The notes: generated by a model not told the origin, from the sequence alone. A stretch of 63,739 nucleotides of DNA, filler included, from Hausera hauseri (GCA_046269625.1; 10 parts of 10 records of this genome joined end to end with filler, not necessarily neighbours in it); one strand, 5' to 3'; counted from the first letter of the whole stretch, positions 22,285 through 35,731 are shown. A program made the numbers and translations.

Positions 22285-24075
22285 TTATGGTCTTACTTCC
22301 ACAACTTTGTATGGTCCTTTGCCAGTGCGGGTTAATTTTAATGATCTTCCTTTAGCTGTGAGTGGATAATGTATCACGACAAAATCTCCAATTTTATATG
22401 GATTTGACTGAGCCTTTTTATTATAGTACTTGGTGTAGGATTTTTTATAATTATCTCTAACCGCTCGCGCTTGTTCTCCATATTCACTTAACTGTTTTAG
22501 TAATAGTGTATAATTTTTTTCTTGCAGGTTACCCGTAAATGGCAGAACTGTTGGTAGCAGCTTGACATCCAGTAGCAACAACGGAAGTCTTCCAAACATT
22601 AATTCGTATGGTGTTTTATTTGTACTTCTCGTTGGTGTGGTATTCATAGCGAAAGCTACAGTTGGTAATTTATCTGGCCCATTTTTCTGATCTGCAGAGA
22701 CTTGTACGGATAAAATTCCTTGTACAGTTCTATTCGAACGTTCAACTTTACCATTACATTGTGGATGATAAGCTGTAGTTAAAACATGTCTAGTATGTAG
22801 CACCTTTGTGACTTCATTAAACAACTGACTTGTAAAATACGGGCTTTATCTGTTAATATTAATCTAGGTAATCCTAAAACGCATATTAATTTGTTGAACA
22901 ACTCCATGGCTATTGTTTCCGTAGTCATAGCTTTTAATGGGATTAATATAATGTAGCTTGTGTAATAGTCAATAAAACTCAATATATATTTGTAACCTGA
23001 TTCCGAGGTCGGATAAAATCCTGAAATATCCATTTCACATATTTCCATAGGTGCTTTTGGCTCTGGAAGTGTTCCAAGCAGTGGTCTTATACATCTTCCC
23101 CTATCCCTTCGGGTTGCGCAAATCTTACAAGATTTGACCCAATTGATTATGTCTTCTGTCTGATTTGGCCAAAATTATTTGAGTTTAATACGCTTTATGG
23201 TCTTGCCTAACGATGGGTGACCAGCTAGTTGAGAATCATGTTCTTGAAGTAAGACTGATTTTATCAAATAATTAGGTATTACAATTAAGGCTTTATCGTT
23301 GCATATGTATTTCAGTATATTTTTATCTATAATCAATTTGCTTTTGTGGTCTGTCAGCCATTCAGTTAAACGTTTATCAATATTAGGCATTTCTGACGTA
23401 CGTACGTACTGCTTCACTACATAAAGTAAAGGATCGTCATCTTGGACAGTTGCTAATTTGTTTGTATTTAGATTCGAGAATTCTGTCATCATCATAGTAA
23501 ATTCGTGTTCATCTATCTAAGTAAGTGCTGCAGAACTGATCTCAGGATATAGGGTTCGCGATATAGCATCTGCATCGCTGTGAAGCCTTCCTGGTACGTA
23601 TTTAAATTTCGGATTGTAGTTTAATAATTCTAATTTCCACCGTTGGATTCTATTATAAATACGCTTGTTTTTACAATCAAGTTTTTCTAATGCTTGGTGG
23701 TCTGTATAAACTATAACTGGGTAACCATATATATAAAATTCGTAATTTCTTAAGCCTTCTAGAATTGCTGACAGTTCCAATTCAGTAGCTGAATAATTTT
23801 TCTCTTCTTTAGTTAAGGCTCTTCCACCATATGCTACCACATTCAATTCTTTCATTAGGATATTGCTGCGCCAAAATATAGCTTAAACCATTTAAACTCG
23901 CATTCGTCTTTAAAATAAATGGTAATTCAAAATCTGGGTATTGTAGAATCGATGCGGAAACCATTTTCTTTTTCATGTCAAATGCGTTTTGGTGCTTTTC
24001 TTTCGAAATGTATTTCTTATCGTTTCGTAGTAATTCATATAATACACTATTTATTTGGGAGAAGTTTTGTATAAA
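22285..24075 (-). pseudogene. pol: Gypsy pol: RT connection, RNase H, integrase with GPY motif
   Basis: EKNYSATELE, VYTDHQAL, DADAISR, EHDSQLAGH...C..C, LILTD, TTAYHPQCNGKVERSN, TPYELMFGR, GKGPY. Confidence 0.95.
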
Positions 24076-24175
24076 NNNNNNNNNNNNNNNNNNNNNNNNN
24101 NNNNNNNNNNNNNNNNNNNTTAATTAATTAANNNNNNNNNNNNNNNNNNNNNNNNNNNNNNNNNNNNNNNNNNNN

Positions 24176-24800
24176 TGTAGACTCTGAGGTACAAGCAATG
24201 ATCAGCTGTAACTTAACAGAAAGTGATGTTGTCTGTATAGACGGATTCATGATTTGTAGCGCATGGGCTTTCACGGCTCATTATGGAGGGAGAACTCCAT
24301 ATTTTTTGTAGTGACAGCAAGTAGCGTGGCTATGGAACTAGTATGGCACTGAAGCGGCAGCGGATGGTCTTATTTTTTAGCGGGATGGAGCATACCAGAA
24401 GAACAGAAACAAAGATGAACAAAATACTGATGAGGCCTTATACAAAGACACTACACAGCATTGTGGGTGGCAACTCTTTTAATGGTCTTCAACCAAAGTA
24501 CCAATTGTGATGATGAAGGCCCCACCCAAAAGATGGCATTCCGTTATTTTTAGCAGTAGTGGATTAGTTACTTAATATGGTACTCTAGGGGCATAGAGAT
24601 TAACCAGAGTTTCTTAAAATTTTTTGGTTCACTGTCATTTTCTTGGCTTGGCTTTGAGAGCCTGTTGAATATTATTAGTCCAATGTGTGCTTTTGGTCCA
24701 GGGAAGGGGTGTAGTTTCTTGATTTCTAAAAGGCAGGGAATTAGTATTAACGAAAAAAAAACATTTTTGCAGTAAAATCTCCGTATTGTTTTAACGCTGC
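24176..24800. mobile_element. Highly degenerate non-LTR retrotransposon remnants
   Basis: Plus-strand DVVCIDG...SAWAFTAH resembles an RNase H N-terminus. Minus-strand QET and NLYAP resemble APE endonuclease motifs. Many stops. Confidence 0.3.
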
Positions 24801-25646
24801 AGGTTCTTCTGGAAAACTTCTGAGTCGTTTGGATGTTATTTTGGAGCGGGAGTTTCTCTGTGTGTCATCAGATGCGGCACAAACCCATTTAGTTTCTGGT
24901 ATAAATAGCCTGAAGAGCAACGGGGCCCTCCAGTACAGGAGTCTAAATATCAGCAGCTATTAACAGAAAAAATTTAAGTTTTACGGAATATTTACATTGG
25001 TAGTTTGTTTTAACAGATAATTTATAAATTTGTCGTTGTTTTGAAAGTATTCAAAATAATATTTGCTAAATATACTTCCATCCTATCTAACAAAGTAGCA
25101 GTTTTATGTATCTTATGCATAAGTATATAGGACAAAAATATCGATTTATCGACAAGTCATGTCGACCATAATAATAGCACATAACTTAGTGGCAAATTTA
25201 TCCATGCTTTTATTTAATTTTTAAAACTTTGCCTTCAGCGAATTTAAACAAATTTTAATTTCAAACGTAAAATGCTCTAGAACATTCTGGAATCTTCCAA
25301 AATGCTCTAGAACATTATGCAATATATACATTGTTGTTTTTATGACGCGTTATTTTGATAGTAGCTTTGCTAAAGCAACAGAATTAATAAGAGTAGGGGT
25401 TTTCAGAACTTCTCTTGGGAATTTAAGATGAATAAGATAAATGAAATGAGTTGCAGTATAGGTTGCCCTGGAATTTGTGCCCCTGAGCCCTTTGTTCTGG
25501 TTATGCGCATTGATAACGATAGTTACTTTGGCCAGGACATTTGGCTCTAGTATGTAGGCATAGTTAGAATCTTAACAAATATTCGCCGCCCAAGTCGGAC
25601 AAATGGAAGTCGACATGCGCTTCTATACAGTGATAACGGATTCAGT

Positions 25647-26383
25647 ATGCTGCGAAACCCTGCGGCTGGGATCGAATTGAAGCTATCGGACCTTAAGGTA
25701 TTTTACGGCTCTAGTTCTCCTTGCACCTGCTTCTGTGGCGCTGCTTTCATCCCCTTAGAATATACGCACCTTAAGTCGCAGCAGCGCGATCTGAATGGAA
25801 GGCAGAAGGAAAGCAGAAGCAACCGGAAGTCGATTTGGACAGTGATGAGGCCAACCCCAAGGACAATAACAAAGAGGCAGAAGGAAGCAATGCAGAGGGT
25901 CAATTGGGCAAAGCAGAAGGCAAATTGGACAAATCGGAAGATAGTCCCAATGAAAAAGATAAATCGATAGTTCAAAAATTGCGAGATCTCGCATTCACAC
26001 AAAATTCGAGCGATGATTACTTGTCGGACACAAGTTCCATAATTGCGAAGAGGAAACAAGCGCGACAAGTATCAGAAAAGATGTCAAAAATTGCCGTGGA
26101 AATAAAAGAAACTGCAAATGCTCTCAAAAGGCCAATAGGAACAGAAACTGGAAAGCCCAGAAAAACTAAGCGGAGGCTGGAGCAATTAGCCAAAGCTTGG
26201 GAAGGAGGCAATACGCAGGAGCGTATTGTTATTAACGAACGAATGACAGGAAAATGGCACAAGGAATATGAGCAAAGGAAAAAAAGCCCATGCAGTTTGA
26301 AATTGAAGGCTCCAGTCGATTATCGAAGGTCAATACGACGTTTGGGGGCTGAGACTTTGTGTTTCGAATATTTTAAGCATTGA
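25647..26383 (+). pseudogene. Charged, low-complexity ORF remnant; possibly gag-like
   Basis: ORFs 25647..25970 and 25835..26383 are GC-richer than the flanks and follow a weak PBS-like stretch (~25583) and an AAAATGCTCTAGAACATT direct repeat (25269-25317). No diagnostic motif. Confidence 0.25.
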
Positions 26384-28870
26384 AAATCGATTTTTATTTT
26401 AAAGTGAAATTTGATCGTTTTAATTGGAGTCGATAGAGAATTTCTTTTCTCCATCTGACCCCACTTGATTGCAGATCAAATTATGGCTGTTTCATTGCGG
26501 AGATATTTCATTTTGATGAAATTTTTTGGAAATATTCGAATCGATATATATTCGAAACCGTAAGCCATATTGACTTTCGACCTGTACCAGTCGGTAGAGT
26601 TGAAAAAGCTGAACATTTTTGTCCTTCCAACTGAAATATTCGAAAACTCGGTTAAAAGATATTCGAGTTCGAAACAAGTTTTTTCGAAAAATTTTTCCTA
26701 TTCATACCATCATACACAGAATTCTGTACTACACATTTTTCATTTAGCCAATAGAAAACGAGGCTATGCGTGATCACCTTATGTATTAAAATTGAACTGA
26801 TTAAACAAAAGCTAGAATTCTAACATTAGTTTCTTAGTATAAATCGGTTATTCTACTCTACTTACTTATTATCATTCACTTAAATTTTTAAACTAATAAT
26901 TAAATTACCAATTTACTAAATTTTGTATTAACAATTAAAATATTAATTTTTCCAACATTCTTAAATTATCAATTTACTAATTTTTATTAAATTATCAATT
27001 TTTCTAATTTTCCCAACATATATATAGTTCAGACGGGATAAACACAATACTGATTTTGCATATTCCAATCGACATGAAGTCTTATTAGTTTATGTTAATA
27101 GTCATTGAAGGGTGAGATAAATAAATTAATAAATAAATAAATCGTTTCATACAATTGTTAGAGATAAGTGAATTATCCCTTGTGTTACAGAAACTTGATG
27201 CGTTGATTGATTTAAGATAACATGCAATTTACTCAGCCGTAGTTCTGTCGTGTTTTTTATGAACTATTGTTAACCGAAGAATTAATTACGTCTTGTTTAC
27301 GTGCGATGTACGTAATTAATATTTTATCTTTCTTTCAGACATAAATTGTACACAACTTGTCTTCGTGATTTTTACTGTTCACACTGCACGAAGCAACAAT
27401 TTGTATCACCAATATTTATTGTCAGTAATAAAAGTAGTCCGATCTTACTTTTGGCCAAACGATGAGTTGCTCTTCAGACAAGTTGGGCCGTCTTGAGTGA
27501 TTTGGCTTCGCTAAAAGGGTCAATAATCCAATTGGCATCATTGGTTTCGTTTTTCTTCAATTATTTGTCATAGTAATTTATCCATTTTTTAAAACTAACT
27601 TCATTTATTTCGGGCAATAAAATCAGGCAATTAATTTGTGTTCTAAACAATTATGGACAGCTCTGTGAGCCGCCATAATTGATTAGCCGTGAGTGATAAA
27701 TAACTTGAGAATACCTGTCAAAATCTTTACTGAATTAATTAGAGTCCATATTGTGTAGTTTTTGTTTTATTTTGTCGGTTCAAAGTACTATCAAGAAGGG
27801 TAAAACCTGAAAACGTTCTGAGAGAACATCCCCTACTTAAACAACTCGATTTATATAGAAATTTAAAAACCAACTAGGTCGAATATACATTTCACGGATT
27901 CACCCTCCTCACAAATAAAATACGGTCAAAAGAAAATAGAATAAATTAATAGTTTGTATTTTAACAATAGCCTGGTTGGCTTATTTATAGGGTACAACCA
28001 ACACTATTTTATAAAGTAAAAGCAGAAGTTCTGCCGCGCAAACGTTAAAAGTAATTAAAATATGTACACCTGCTACACAAGTACCCATATGTAATTACTT
28101 ACTAACCCAACACTAACGAAATTTTGAAAATCAAAAATTGTTACTTTATGGAGACGCCTGGCAAGTAATAATAAATTTAGAGCAAAGATAATTTATATTT
28201 ATACATAGAATACACGAATCTAAACAAATAAAAGTTTAAAACGCCATATAAAATTATACTTTTGATATTATGTTTTCATCACTATTTAATGGCATCTCCA
28301 GTCAAAAATCTTTAATAAGTTAGTGCATCGCGTATATAGCGAAATGACACAATTTACAGATCAAGCATACAAATTACTTAATGAATCGATTTATTAATAA
28401 ATTTTACAAATGTCATAAAAATTAAACGTTTATGTTAAACGTTAATATTTAAAGTCTGATTTTATAACACTTGAAGTTATTGATCGCTTTTACATAACAT
28501 TTAGTGTTGCATAATTTACATCATTTNNNNNNNNNNNNNNNNNNNNNNNNNNNNNNNNNNNNNNNNNNNNTTAATTAATTAANNNNNNNNNNNNNNNNNN
28601 NNNNNNNNNNNNNNNNNNNNNNNNNNACTAGATCATTTATGATTGCTGACTCATAAGCTATTGTATGTAAATTATTATTGTATATGAACTTTTAATAAAA
28701 TTAATGTATTTTTAATTTCGGAAAGGGATTAATATGAATTCTATTAAGATTCCCCTTGTCTACTGTGCAGAAGGCACATATTATGTTACGGATTCCAAGG
28801 CCCTTGTTTCCACGTGGCACCTAATACTCACTTTATCTATAATCCACAAGGAATATTTACTCCTACATGA

Positions 28871-29056
28871 ATGACCTGCACAATCTGTTTAAATCATTAT
28901 TCCGTAAATCAGGTGGAGCTGGTCACCTGCAGACATGAATTTTGCCGCTCCTGTCTAAAGGAATGGTTTCTGATATCAAAATCTTGCCCTTTGTGTCGTG
29001 CAAACAATACATTATTTCGAAACGGAGACGAATACTTTACTGTACAAAATTTATAA
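28871..29056 (+). CDS. Small C3HC4 RING finger protein
   Basis: CTIC...CRHEFCRSCLKEW....SCPLCR. Confidence 0.9.
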   Translation: MTCTICLNHYSVNQVELVTCRHEFCRSCLKEWFLISKSCPLCRANNTLFRNGDEYFTVQNL

Positions 29057-29318
29057 ATACATTCTTGTTCGTACAAACCATTTAATTGTGCGGGATGAAA
29101 TAAATAAATATAATTATTACCCACAAGTAGAATAATTGATTAAAACCCATTTCGTTTTAGACGAAATGTAAAAGATCGAATATACGGAATACAGAACGCC
29201 AAGACAATATTTATTTCAAGAATTATCCCAATTTAACATAATAAGATATCTATGATATTATAGAAATAGGCAGAATGGACCAGCTGCGATTATTAGAAGA
29301 ACGATAGATTATACTAAG

Positions 29319-30340
29319 ATGAAAGTGGTCGACGAATCAACGAGAAATACCCAGACGAGGAAAATATCATTTTTGAGCTATCCGAATTCACCCGTTTCAG
29401 GAGGGTTAGCACACTTGTATGCAAACACAGGATTATTTCGAACCACATCTGGACGAATAAAATGTCTATACTGCCAGGAAGAGTTCCTATACTAGTCTAC
29501 AAACGATCATCCAAAAGGACTCATAAGAAATTATATCCCAAATGTCCTTATTTGTTAAACATTAATGTTAACAACGTACCACAGACAGATAGTTTTTCTG
29601 AACAGCCTGATTTAGATAAGGATGCTGATTATGACACGACAGTACCAGTAAGTGTGGTTTACTTAACAGATAATACAATGGAAGAGAATTTAAGCCTAAT
29701 TTCAAATATAGTACAAAAGAGAAAGTCAACCTTCAAAGGAAACGAGAATATCGAACATTTAGCCAGACAAGGACTAATATTAATCTTGAAAGACGAAGTG
29801 CAATATGTAAAGTGCATCATATATTCAAAGGAAACTTACTGGAAAATATTGATCAACGATGCCCAAACATACTGCATACTACTAAATACAATTACTCCAT
29901 ATATAAAACCCCCGAGAATTACAGTAAAAGACGATGCCGAATACAATTCGATATGGGAAATCTTTATGAAAGTTACCAAGACAGTCCAGTAGCCGTGTCA
30001 ATAATAACCCGACACCCTACAAAAAGCGAAAATATACTACAATATATAAAATATCAAACAGAGGGTCAACTAGACTGGTCTCTAAGTGTGTTTGAACTGC
30101 TACAGAATTTAAATTTTATTCCCCCAGAAGAAGAGCAAGAAGCAGAACAAAATATTCTTAATAAACTTTACTTACGTGATTTAGAGTGTACAATTTGCTA
30201 CGCAAACTCAGTACAAGTTATCTTTTTCCTTGTGGTCATTTAGAAACATGTGAGAAATGCTCAAATAGAACAGAGAATTTTCCAGTTTGCAGAAGTCATA
30301 TAAAAAGAAGAATAACATGCTTCAAATTTCCAGAAATGAA
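29319..30340 (+). pseudogene. Inhibitor-of-apoptosis (IAP)-like gene: BIR, degenerate BIR, C-terminal RING; intronless, frameshifted
   Basis: BIR1 is RKISFLSYP...YANTGLF...IKCLYC....Y*STNDHP/THKKLYPKCPY...NNVP, with the conserved W read as TAG at 29493. BIR2-like is RKSTFKG...LARQGL...VKC. RING is CTICYANSVQVIF/PCGHLETCEKC....PVCRSHI. Confidence 0.88.
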
Positions 30341-30838
30341 CAGTGGGAGCATCTCGATTTTGAACGAATTTTTACCAATAAGTCAGTTTGTATTCGATTT
30401 AAACAAATAAATGTTTATTAGTTTATGTACATAAATTTATTAAATAACCCTCTATTGTAATATATTGAACACATTTGTTTATGGAATTAGTGGATACTAG
30501 TAGAATGACTTTAACCAACCTCGACAAGTGGAGAATCCAGTTACTAACTATAAAGAATCAACTTCCTAAAATGGTTTACGAATGGTATAAACTATATAAT
30601 GACCTCTACTCATTAGGGTAATGGAACTAGGGTACTCCAAATACTTGGCGATGGTTGCTATTAAAATCGATGAAAAAGCCGGATATGAAACACTACCATC
30701 AGTGATTACCAACATATATCAAATACAATTAATGGATGATGAATACTACCAGAGAGTTCAACACTTGACTTCGACATTAAAAGGAAAAGAGGAAGAAGTG
30801 GAAGAAAATATACTGATATGAGCCGTGCAATTTGGACT

Positions 30839-30990
30839 TGTTTGATTTGTATAAAAAATCAGTCAAATACGATACACCTACCATGCGGACACATGATTCA
30901 TTGTAAAGCTTGTGTAACTAAACATTCAATGTTATAGAAATGTACTGTGTGAATTACCTATAGAAGAAATCTGTACCATATATACGTACT
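30839..30990 (+). pseudogene. Third RING finger (IAP/MDM2-type spacing), disrupted
   Basis: CLICIKNQSNTIHLPCGHMIHCKAC....*KCTV/ELPI. Not in the ORF track because of a stop and a frameshift. Confidence 0.8.
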
Positions 30991-31024
30991 AAAATGTATA
31001 GAAACTTAGCCTCCTTTAATAACA

Positions 31025-33500
31025 GTGGAACAGGGACATCAATATAATACTCGATCCCGCGGACGATTGGCACAAAATCAGTTGACTGCAATTAATGAAG
31101 CTGATTCAAGCGAAGAAAACACAAGCCCCACTAATAGTTCAAATACTTTAAGTACAGCATCAGCCCCAGAATCATTACTTGACATTGATCCATTACAATT
31201 GTCTCCAGTTCCAGTACAATACCATTGGATACGAGGAGTCAGTGGACGACAAAGGCCACCTCGAGATCAATACCACAATGCACCTAATTCGCGTCAGTTA
31301 GCACAGAGAATTATTAATCAAGAATTAGAATGTCGAACACGTTACAAAGTACATTAAGTAAATGTACATAATTTAAAAATAAGACAGAATCAGGCGGAAT
31401 ATACCATTCGACAGCTACTTAGAGATATACAAGATATAGCCCGACAAATAGGAGACTGTACAGTAGAAATAAGTATCATAAATAAGAGTATGAGACTAGA
31501 TAATGTCGAAAAAAGAAATATACGAATAGAAGAAAAAGTAAATGGTAACGGCACAAGTCTAAATGAACTCGAGGAAAGAACGGATCAAATAATACAAAAT
31601 ATAGGTGCCAATACTAGACAAATACATAATTTATAACAGCAAACTATGGACAACATAGCAGCAATACATAGAAATATGAAACAGATCGAAAATAACGAAA
31701 GAAATGCGAATCAATGGTTAAATGAAATGCAAAATCAAGTAGCAATTATAGTTTGCGAACAAGAACAGATACAAGTAGAAAATAACCTTATCAGAAATCA
31801 AATTGATGTTTTGGCTAGAAACATTAGCCAACTAAACGAATGCCTTAAACACGTACAGGCGAAAGAATTAATAGCTTGACTGAATGAACGAATAGAAGAT
31901 GAGCAATCACCAGAATTTTCAGCGAAACTAAGTTCTATACCTTGTGAAACCTTTGATACCGATAGTGACAACATGGAGCCGCTAAGGAATAATCAGGATC
32001 CCTTGGCTCAGCATGGTGAGCGTAATTGTGGTCTGCAGAGGGATATAAATAACAATTCCGGTTACGACCCACCAAACATTAACGAAAGAAGGAGAAAAGA
32101 GAAGTACCAAATGTTCCCTCGCCTTCAATCATACGAAGGACGAGTATCGGACTTAGAGGATTTTTTAGACGAATACGATTCGCTAGCAACAGCCATGCAT
32201 TGGGTGATGCAAGGAAAATATCTCTTTTACCAGTGCATGTGAATAATTATCTGAGAATGGCAATAACACGCCTACCTAGACGTGTTGACGAAAATTGGAC
32301 GCAACATCGAGAAAGAATTTTACAAAATCAACAAGGTGATGTACAAGAAAACCGATATCTAAAATTTCAAAACTGTAAACAGAAACCGAATGAAGAAGTC
32401 TTAACATACATCAACAGATTTAAAAGCGCAATGAATAGATACTTTGGTTTGAATGAAGAAGCCCTTGGGGATATGATCATGAAGCAATTTGTACTTGGAC
32501 TTTTACCAACTTTACAAAAAGGAGTCAAATTTCATACAGCAAATAATTTTAATGAATTGATAGAATATATCCAACGAATAAAAACTGGAATAAACGAAAC
32601 ACATGTCTGGACTAATCAGAGGCAAATCTCAGCAGTAGCCACAACATTATTGTTAGTAAGACCAGATGTAGCAAATAGTAGTAATTCACCTAGGAGTGAT
32701 CTGTCGAGAAGCCAAAGCCCTAATCGGCAAGACAGCAATACACCACAGAGAGGCAACACTCTGGAAAGCGGAGTTATAACTAATCATCCAGAGACTACAA
32801 CAATAATCAAAGAGATACCTCATATCAAAGAAGTAGAAGATACTATGATGATCGACAACGGAATAATACAAAATACAATAGATCACGAGTTTACTCGAGG
32901 GCCAGAAAGGACAATAGAAACCGATTTCCTAGTAGAGAAAGGTACAGTAATGATAAAAATCCCAATCGTTATGATAATATAAATAATCAGGGGAACCAAT
33001 ATCATAGACGAGATGACAGCCTAACGCGATATCCGACTAATCGGTCGGAAGGATTAAGAACCAACTATTCCAACGACAGGCGAAGTAAAAGCCATGAGAG
33101 GTTTAGAAGAGATGATAGCCGAGATCGATATGGTATCTTCAATAGAAATGTTAGCAGAGAAAGAGATAACAGAAGAAGTGATAGCATAGACAGATATAAT
33201 TCTGGAAATGATAATAGTAATAGGTATAACGATTCGAGATCTGAAAATCTTGACAGAAGGCATGACTATACCCTACCTGGACGAGAATTAGACAGATATA
33301 ATAAAAATCCCAGTCCATATCCTGAAAGAGATCGAAAACAAACCCCATCAACCAGACCAAGCAATAATAATGACAGATATGCCCGACCACCAGATTATAG
33401 TTCCAGACGAAACGAGTCATCATCAAACAGAAATATTTTCTCATCCAGATACGATAGAAATACGACATCCGAATATCCTAAGCACCAAAATGAAAGCAAA
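31025..33500 (+). pseudogene. gag: Ty3/Gypsy Gag: coiled-coil N-terminus, capsid, long R/S/D/N-rich tail without zinc knuckle
   Basis: YNTRS near the start, then heptad-rich 31330-31880. Capsid FPRLQSYEG...FLDEY...A.AMHW/DARKI...FQNCKQKPNEEVLTYINRF...FVLGL lies at ~32111-32590. Confidence 0.85.
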
Positions 33501-35098
33501 TTGGACTCAACAATACCATCTTATAACATTTCCACAAAAGAAAGAGGAAACTCTCTAGATAATAGGAAAAGTAATAATGACGAAAGGAGTGTTTTACCCC
33601 GCCGCTCAGTAACTTTCAACGAACAAAGTAAATCAGCTTTTACGGGACTATTAATGGCCAAACCAATAATAGAACACCAACAAATCACATTCAAACCATC
33701 ATCCAACATGTCTATTTTAGAAAAACCCGTCATAACGAGAAACTATTTGAATCAAGCGGAACGAAAGGTACCAAATTTACAAAATAATACGCTTCCGTAT
33801 ATGTTATGGCCAGAAAGAAAGGAAATCAAAAATTTACTTTTACATCTGTAGCAGTATAAAAAATATCGTAGACGAGCAGGAACCAGAAAACAGTCAAATA
33901 AGAATGGCGTGCGTCGAAGGTGATCAGATAGTTAAGTTAGAAAATGTACATCTCGAAAAAAAAAATGTGCTGAAAGCCTCAGACAGCTACTCTGTGGAAA
34001 ACTTATTGTTGGAATTGAATCACCATGCTTGTTCAAGCAAATACAGCAAAAAGAAACAGATATCTTCGGTACGTTTAGTGTAGATCAGAATTATAATTTA
34101 CCAAATGATTATCGAGAAAGAGAAAATACATTACTCCAGCGATTAACTAATCTACGACAAGAATACAAAATTAAACTTAACCGTCAGGGACCCCAATATT
34201 ATATTTTTCCAAACAGACCATTGTATAAGGACGAGAGACATCCCCAACGAGAAATAACATGTAACACCATCATGATTCCGGAAGTAAAATAACAGCATCT
34301 GGACATAGATACAGTTCGAAATTGGGATAAGATATTTGCTAACAAGAAGTCTAACCAAATAGAGTTTGAAGATATTGCCAAACAAGGATTGATTTGTGTG
34401 GAAGGTGTCGATAAAGCTTACTTAAAGAATACCGATATCCAGATTAAAAAGAATGATTCACCATGTGAAATTAATACCAATAAAGGAGAAGCCTGACTAC
34501 AAGTCAGTAATAAAACAGTAATCATTTCCAAAGGGACTATGATACTTCCCAATTATTCATATGAAGAAGATTGTCAAATCCAACCACTACATAATTGCCC
34601 GTTATACTTAATTCAATTGCTTAAGGAAACACCCATATTATCTGTGGATGAACCTGTAACGCAGGATANNNNNNNNNNNNNNNNNNNNNNNNNNNNNNNN
34701 NNNNNNNNNNNNTTAATTAATTAANNNNNNNNNNNNNNNNNNNNNNNNNNNNNNNNNNNNNNNNNNNNTTGTCCATCTACAAACTGACCATTAAAGACAA
34801 CAATATCGTATAAACAACATGGCCCCAACTCCATGCTTATGTAATCCACAAAGGCAATGTATCGGGAAAGTTTCTTCACGACTGTCCCGTGCCTGAAACA
34901 CAGCGTGCCTCCATTTGGTCATCTGGTTGTTTCTATTATCAACAGCTGTACACTGACTATGATAATGGCGAAATGCGTGAGATATTCCTAGACCATAACA
35001 TCATTGTTGCCTAGGTACGAAAGCACAAAATGAAGACACACACAATTTTGATAACAAATCCATAATAGCTAGGTGAACACTAGTACGTTTTCTTAGCC

Positions 35099-35731
35099 TT
35101 AGTGTTTTTGGTTTGGTTGGGGTGGACTTAAGCAAAGATTGGATGATGCTGATGCAATCGGATGTGTGGAGTAAAATGCATTAGTTCTTTGACTGAAGAT
35201 GTCACCGACGGGGTTCCTGGGCACCTGCTTAACTTGATCACATGATGAGTTCAAGCAATTCGTCGCTTGATTTCCTAACTGTGGCAGGTAGGAAAAAAAC
35301 ATGACGTCTCGTTTTGCATCCTGGGTGTTTAGCCAAAGTCTATGAATACAACTGAATGGCGGATATTGCAGCTGTGATATATTCTTTTGATGAATTTTTG
35401 CCAGTTCCTCTTGGCGAATTTTCTCCAGTTCCTCCTGATTGCTGGGTTTGAGATGATTGTGGCAAGCCAAAGACACGTTGATACAACTCGGAGTAAAGTT
35501 TGGAAAAATGAATGCTTCCTTCTGTACGTTGTTGAGTACAACACCGCCTGTAGAACGTTCTATGCTGAAAGAATCTAATACAGGGCATATTGGTTGATTT
35601 GAAAGAGCGCGTAGTCCAGGTAAGGTGGTGAGGTTTTGGGTCAGAGGCTGAAAATCATAACAGGTGATTGCTGTTTTAATCTTGGGTCTCCTTGTTCCAG
35701 TTGTCGATGCCCTTTTGTTCTGGAACCAGAT
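35099..35731 (-). CDS. Terminal exon of a homeobox gene (homeodomain helix 3 plus a long tail)
   Basis: A polypyrimidine tract and CAG acceptor are followed in phase 0 by IWFQNKRA. The frame is open for 211 codons and continuous with ORF 35099..35476. Confidence 0.75.
   Translation of the reverse strand: MWFQNKRASTTGTRRPKIKTAITCYDFQPLTQNLTTLPGLRALSNQPICPVLDSFSIERSTGGVVLNNVQKEAFIFPNFTPSCINVSLACHNHLKPSNQEELEKIRQEELAKIHQKNISQLQYPPFSCIHRLWLNTQDAKRDVMFFSYLPQLGNQATNCLNSSCDQVKQVPRNPVGDIFSQRTNAFYSTHPIASASSNLCLSPPQPNQKH

Larger units (their letters stand above)
18460..24075 (-). mobile_element. 3' half of a Ty3/Gypsy LTR retrotransposon with ~3.3 kb of extra coding sequence after integrase
   Basis: RNase H and IN motifs, three long downstream ORFs, a PPT and a candidate 3' LTR. 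Confidence 0.9.
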
